Below are positions 26,291 to 27,934 of a stretch of DNA of 27,934 nucleotides, one piece after another; position 1 is the stretch's first letter, and each line of letters starts with the position of its first letter. The notes under the pieces are model-generated. The model ran no database searches, was not told where the DNA came from, and was given only the letters and a program-made list of their open reading frames with translations. A program made the position numbers and the translations under genes. The stretch is taken from the IMG/VR virus record IMGVR_UViG_3300021387_000008; one strand, given 5' to 3'. This DNA comes from an uncultured virus (IMG/VR IMGVR_UViG_3300021387_000008) (lineage: Duplodnaviria > Heunggongvirae > Uroviricota > Caudoviricetes > Crassvirales).

Positions 26291-26327
26291 AAAGCTAGGG
26301 CTTGTGAAAGTCTTAGCTTTTATTTTT
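26291..26327 (+). terminator. Intrinsic terminator with GNRA loop
   Basis: AAAGCTAGGGCTT-GTGA-AAGTCTTAGCTTT then TATTTTT; G-U pairs work on plus. Confidence 0.7.
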
Positions 26328-26727
26328 GTCTTATAGTTAGAGATAATTAATTTTGTTCAAGATTTTATTATATAATTATGATAATAGAATTGAAGATTAT
26401 GAAGATTAGAGTGAGATTATATAAAGAGATAATAAGAATGATTTAAGAAGAATTAGAGGTAAGAATTAGAGAAGGACTGAGAGTTAATCAGGTGATGCTT
26501 TGGTTGATTAAGATAGAGGTGAAAACGGAAAAAGTGAAGTTTATAAGTGAGAGAGTGAGCCTTAGAGTTAAGCTAATAGCTAATCAGGTAAAGGAGATGA
26601 ATTTAAGGTTAAAGGTAATTAAGGCAAAAGTAGAATGTATAGGTGTAAGAGTGGACCTATTGACCAAACTCCCCTCCACTCTTAACTTAACTTTAATGCC
26701 CCCCAGGGCTACTTTTTCAAAAACCAA

Positions 26728-26750
26728 TTCTACTTGAATCAAAGAACCAA
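26728..26750 (+). repeat. 23-nt repeat, copy 1
   Basis: TTCTACTTGAATCAAAGAACCAA. Confidence 0.85.
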
Positions 26751-26844
26751 TTTTTGCAACAGAAAGTTCTATTGCTGCGATTAGCATTGGCAGTGCTATT
26801 CGTATTAATTAATTGCCCGCTGTAAAGGCAGCGTATTTACGGCT

Positions 26845-27234
26845 ATGAAAATTATTAATGTTGTAGCTTTCGAGGAGTCTGTTATGTTTAATGTTAGTGA
26901 GAATGTTCCAGCTTACAAAGCTGATGAGAACGGCGCTATGGTTCAGACTGAAGACACCAGTTTCTCAATGAGTTATGCTGATTTAGCACGTCAGTGCTAT
27001 CCTCTGAATGCAGACATCGCTGAGCTTCGCTCTCTTCGTGGTCAGCATCTTTCTGGTGAGGATTGGATTAAGTTGCTCACTGGTGCTACTGTCACTGTTG
27101 ACTTCAAGTTTGTTGAGGCTGACACCGAAGTTGACGGTTACACCTACGAGAACACAGGTTACATCAAGACTATCAAGTCCTTGAAACTTGATGAACGTGT
27201 TGCTGCTCGTCTTGACCGTGCTCTTGGCTTCTAA
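26845..27234 (+). CDS. Hypothetical protein, first gene of plus-strand block
   Basis: 129 aa, higher GC and biased codons suggesting high expression. Confidence 0.8.
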   Translation: MKIINVVAFEESVMFNVSENVPAYKADENGAMVQTEDTSFSMSYADLARQCYPLNADIAELRSLRGQHLSGEDWIKLLTGATVTVDFKFVEADTEVDGYTYENTGYIKTIKSLKLDERVAARLDRALGF

Positions 27235-27242
27235 TGTCCTCT

Positions 27243-27320
27243 TGCTGATGGTGTCCTTTGTGGCATCATCAGCATTCATTGTGGTAGTAGTGGTTACCTT
27301 GATAGTTCCACTATTGCCAC
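27243..27320 (+). other. Twin 13-bp RNA hairpins after the gene
   Basis: 27243-27255/27262-27274 and 27281-27293/27308-27320; each has two G-U pairs and no other mismatch. Confidence 0.75.
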
Positions 27321-27344
27321 AAATGATTTTGCTTGATTTCACCC

Positions 27345-27391
27345 TTCTAATGAAATCAAAGAACCAACTTCTACAGAAATCAAAGAACCAA
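27345..27391 (+). repeat. 23-nt repeat, tandem copies 2 and 3
   Basis: TTCTAATGAAATCAAAGAACCAA (27345-27367) and TTCTACAGAAATCAAAGAACCAA (27369-27391). Confidence 0.85.
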
Positions 27392-27493
27392 ATCTTGATG
27401 ACAATGGAAACAAATCAGATAAGCATTCTTGTCTAATAAGTATTTAATTTGTTCATCTTACTTCAATAATTATTAATTAAAAATATTATAACT

Positions 27494-27676
27494 ATGTATG
27501 GAATTAAAGTTTTACTAAAAACCTTTGTAACAGCATTAGTACTGTGTGCATTGGTATTGGTTTGGTATGATGAACCAGCTTGTGGAACATTTGTAGCCAA
27601 ATGTGTAGCATCTTTGTTTATTGTAATTGCAGTAATGGCATCAAAAGAAATTTCGCATTATGAACAAGAAATATGA
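27494..27676 (+). CDS. Small two-TM membrane protein
   Basis: 60 aa, two hydrophobic helices, AT-rich leader. Confidence 0.6.
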   Translation: MYGIKVLLKTFVTALVLCALVLVWYDEPACGTFVAKCVASLFIVIAVMASKEISHYEQEI

Positions 27677-27770
27677 ACAAGAGCTACAAGAGGAAATCCT
27701 CAATGAAGAGGAAATTCAATATGATAATGATGATGTGGAAAATGAATATTTGAAGCATCTCTGGGATTAG
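27660..27770 (+). CDS. Small acidic protein, 36 aa
   Basis: MNKKYEQELQEEILNEEEIQYDNDDVENEYLKHLWD*; overlaps the end of previous ORF. Confidence 0.45.
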   Translation: MNKKYEQELQEEILNEEEIQYDNDDVENEYLKHLWD

Positions 27771-27934
27771 AAATAGTTTGTTTGTTGTAGTTTTAGGTTA
27801 AGCATTTAGTGCAATACTTTGTGCAAACGATTGCATACTTGTGTAAAAGTAATAGTATGATTTCCATTTTGTTTGCGCATTGTGTTGCACATAAATGCAA
27901 ATTAAGAGCAAGTTGTGCAAATTGTTGTGCAAAA

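Noticed and set aside
26492..26787. ORFs 26492-26737 (+) and 26584-26787 (-)
   Set aside because: Composition mirrors the purine-skewed low-complexity tract; likely spurious
25580..26845. tRNA genes in the intergenic region
   Set aside because: No cloverleaf or T-loop GTTCGA-type signature seen by eye; tRNAscan-SE would confirm
26983..27436. ORFs 26983-27342 (-) and 27188-27436 (+)
   Set aside because: Overlap the codon-biased 129-aa gene and run through hairpins and repeats better explained as non-coding
1..27934. TAG or TGA stop-codon reassignment, known in some crAss-like phages
   Set aside because: Terminase, portal, MCP and tail genes are full length under the standard code; TAG (e.g. 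4296) and TGA (e.g. 19255) end genes at sensible boundaries

Overview
AT-rich phage DNA matching the virion-morphogenesis/lysis arm of a crAss-like phage (Crassvirales, Bacteroidota host). Bases 1-25.6 kb are co-oriented on the minus strand. In transcription order: GroES-like and HU/IHF-like proteins, a PD-(D/E)XK nuclease, a lysis module (YkuD-like putative endolysin plus two overlapping spanin-like genes), terminase large subunit, portal, a modular LysM protein, a scaffold-like protein, major capsid protein, ring/auxiliary capsid candidates, a holin-like gene, a collagen/35-aa-repeat fibre and a beta-helix tailspike. A ~1.2 kb non-coding strand-switch region follows, then the first plus-strand genes. 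The standard genetic code fits. Unexplained signals: (1) a GC-rich motif CCCCCGTAGA in 5 exact and 3 variant copies, both inside and between genes; (2) a 23-nt repeat TTCTAnnnrAATCAAAGAACCAA about 100 nt upstream of the first plus-strand genes; (3) a modular LysM protein with basic-xxGG domain borders and a TonB-box-like motif; (4) a duplicated 63-nt intergenic element between terminator and promoter; (5) an ORF-less promoter-to-terminator unit. All protein calls come from motif recognition and gene order by eye; no searches were run.
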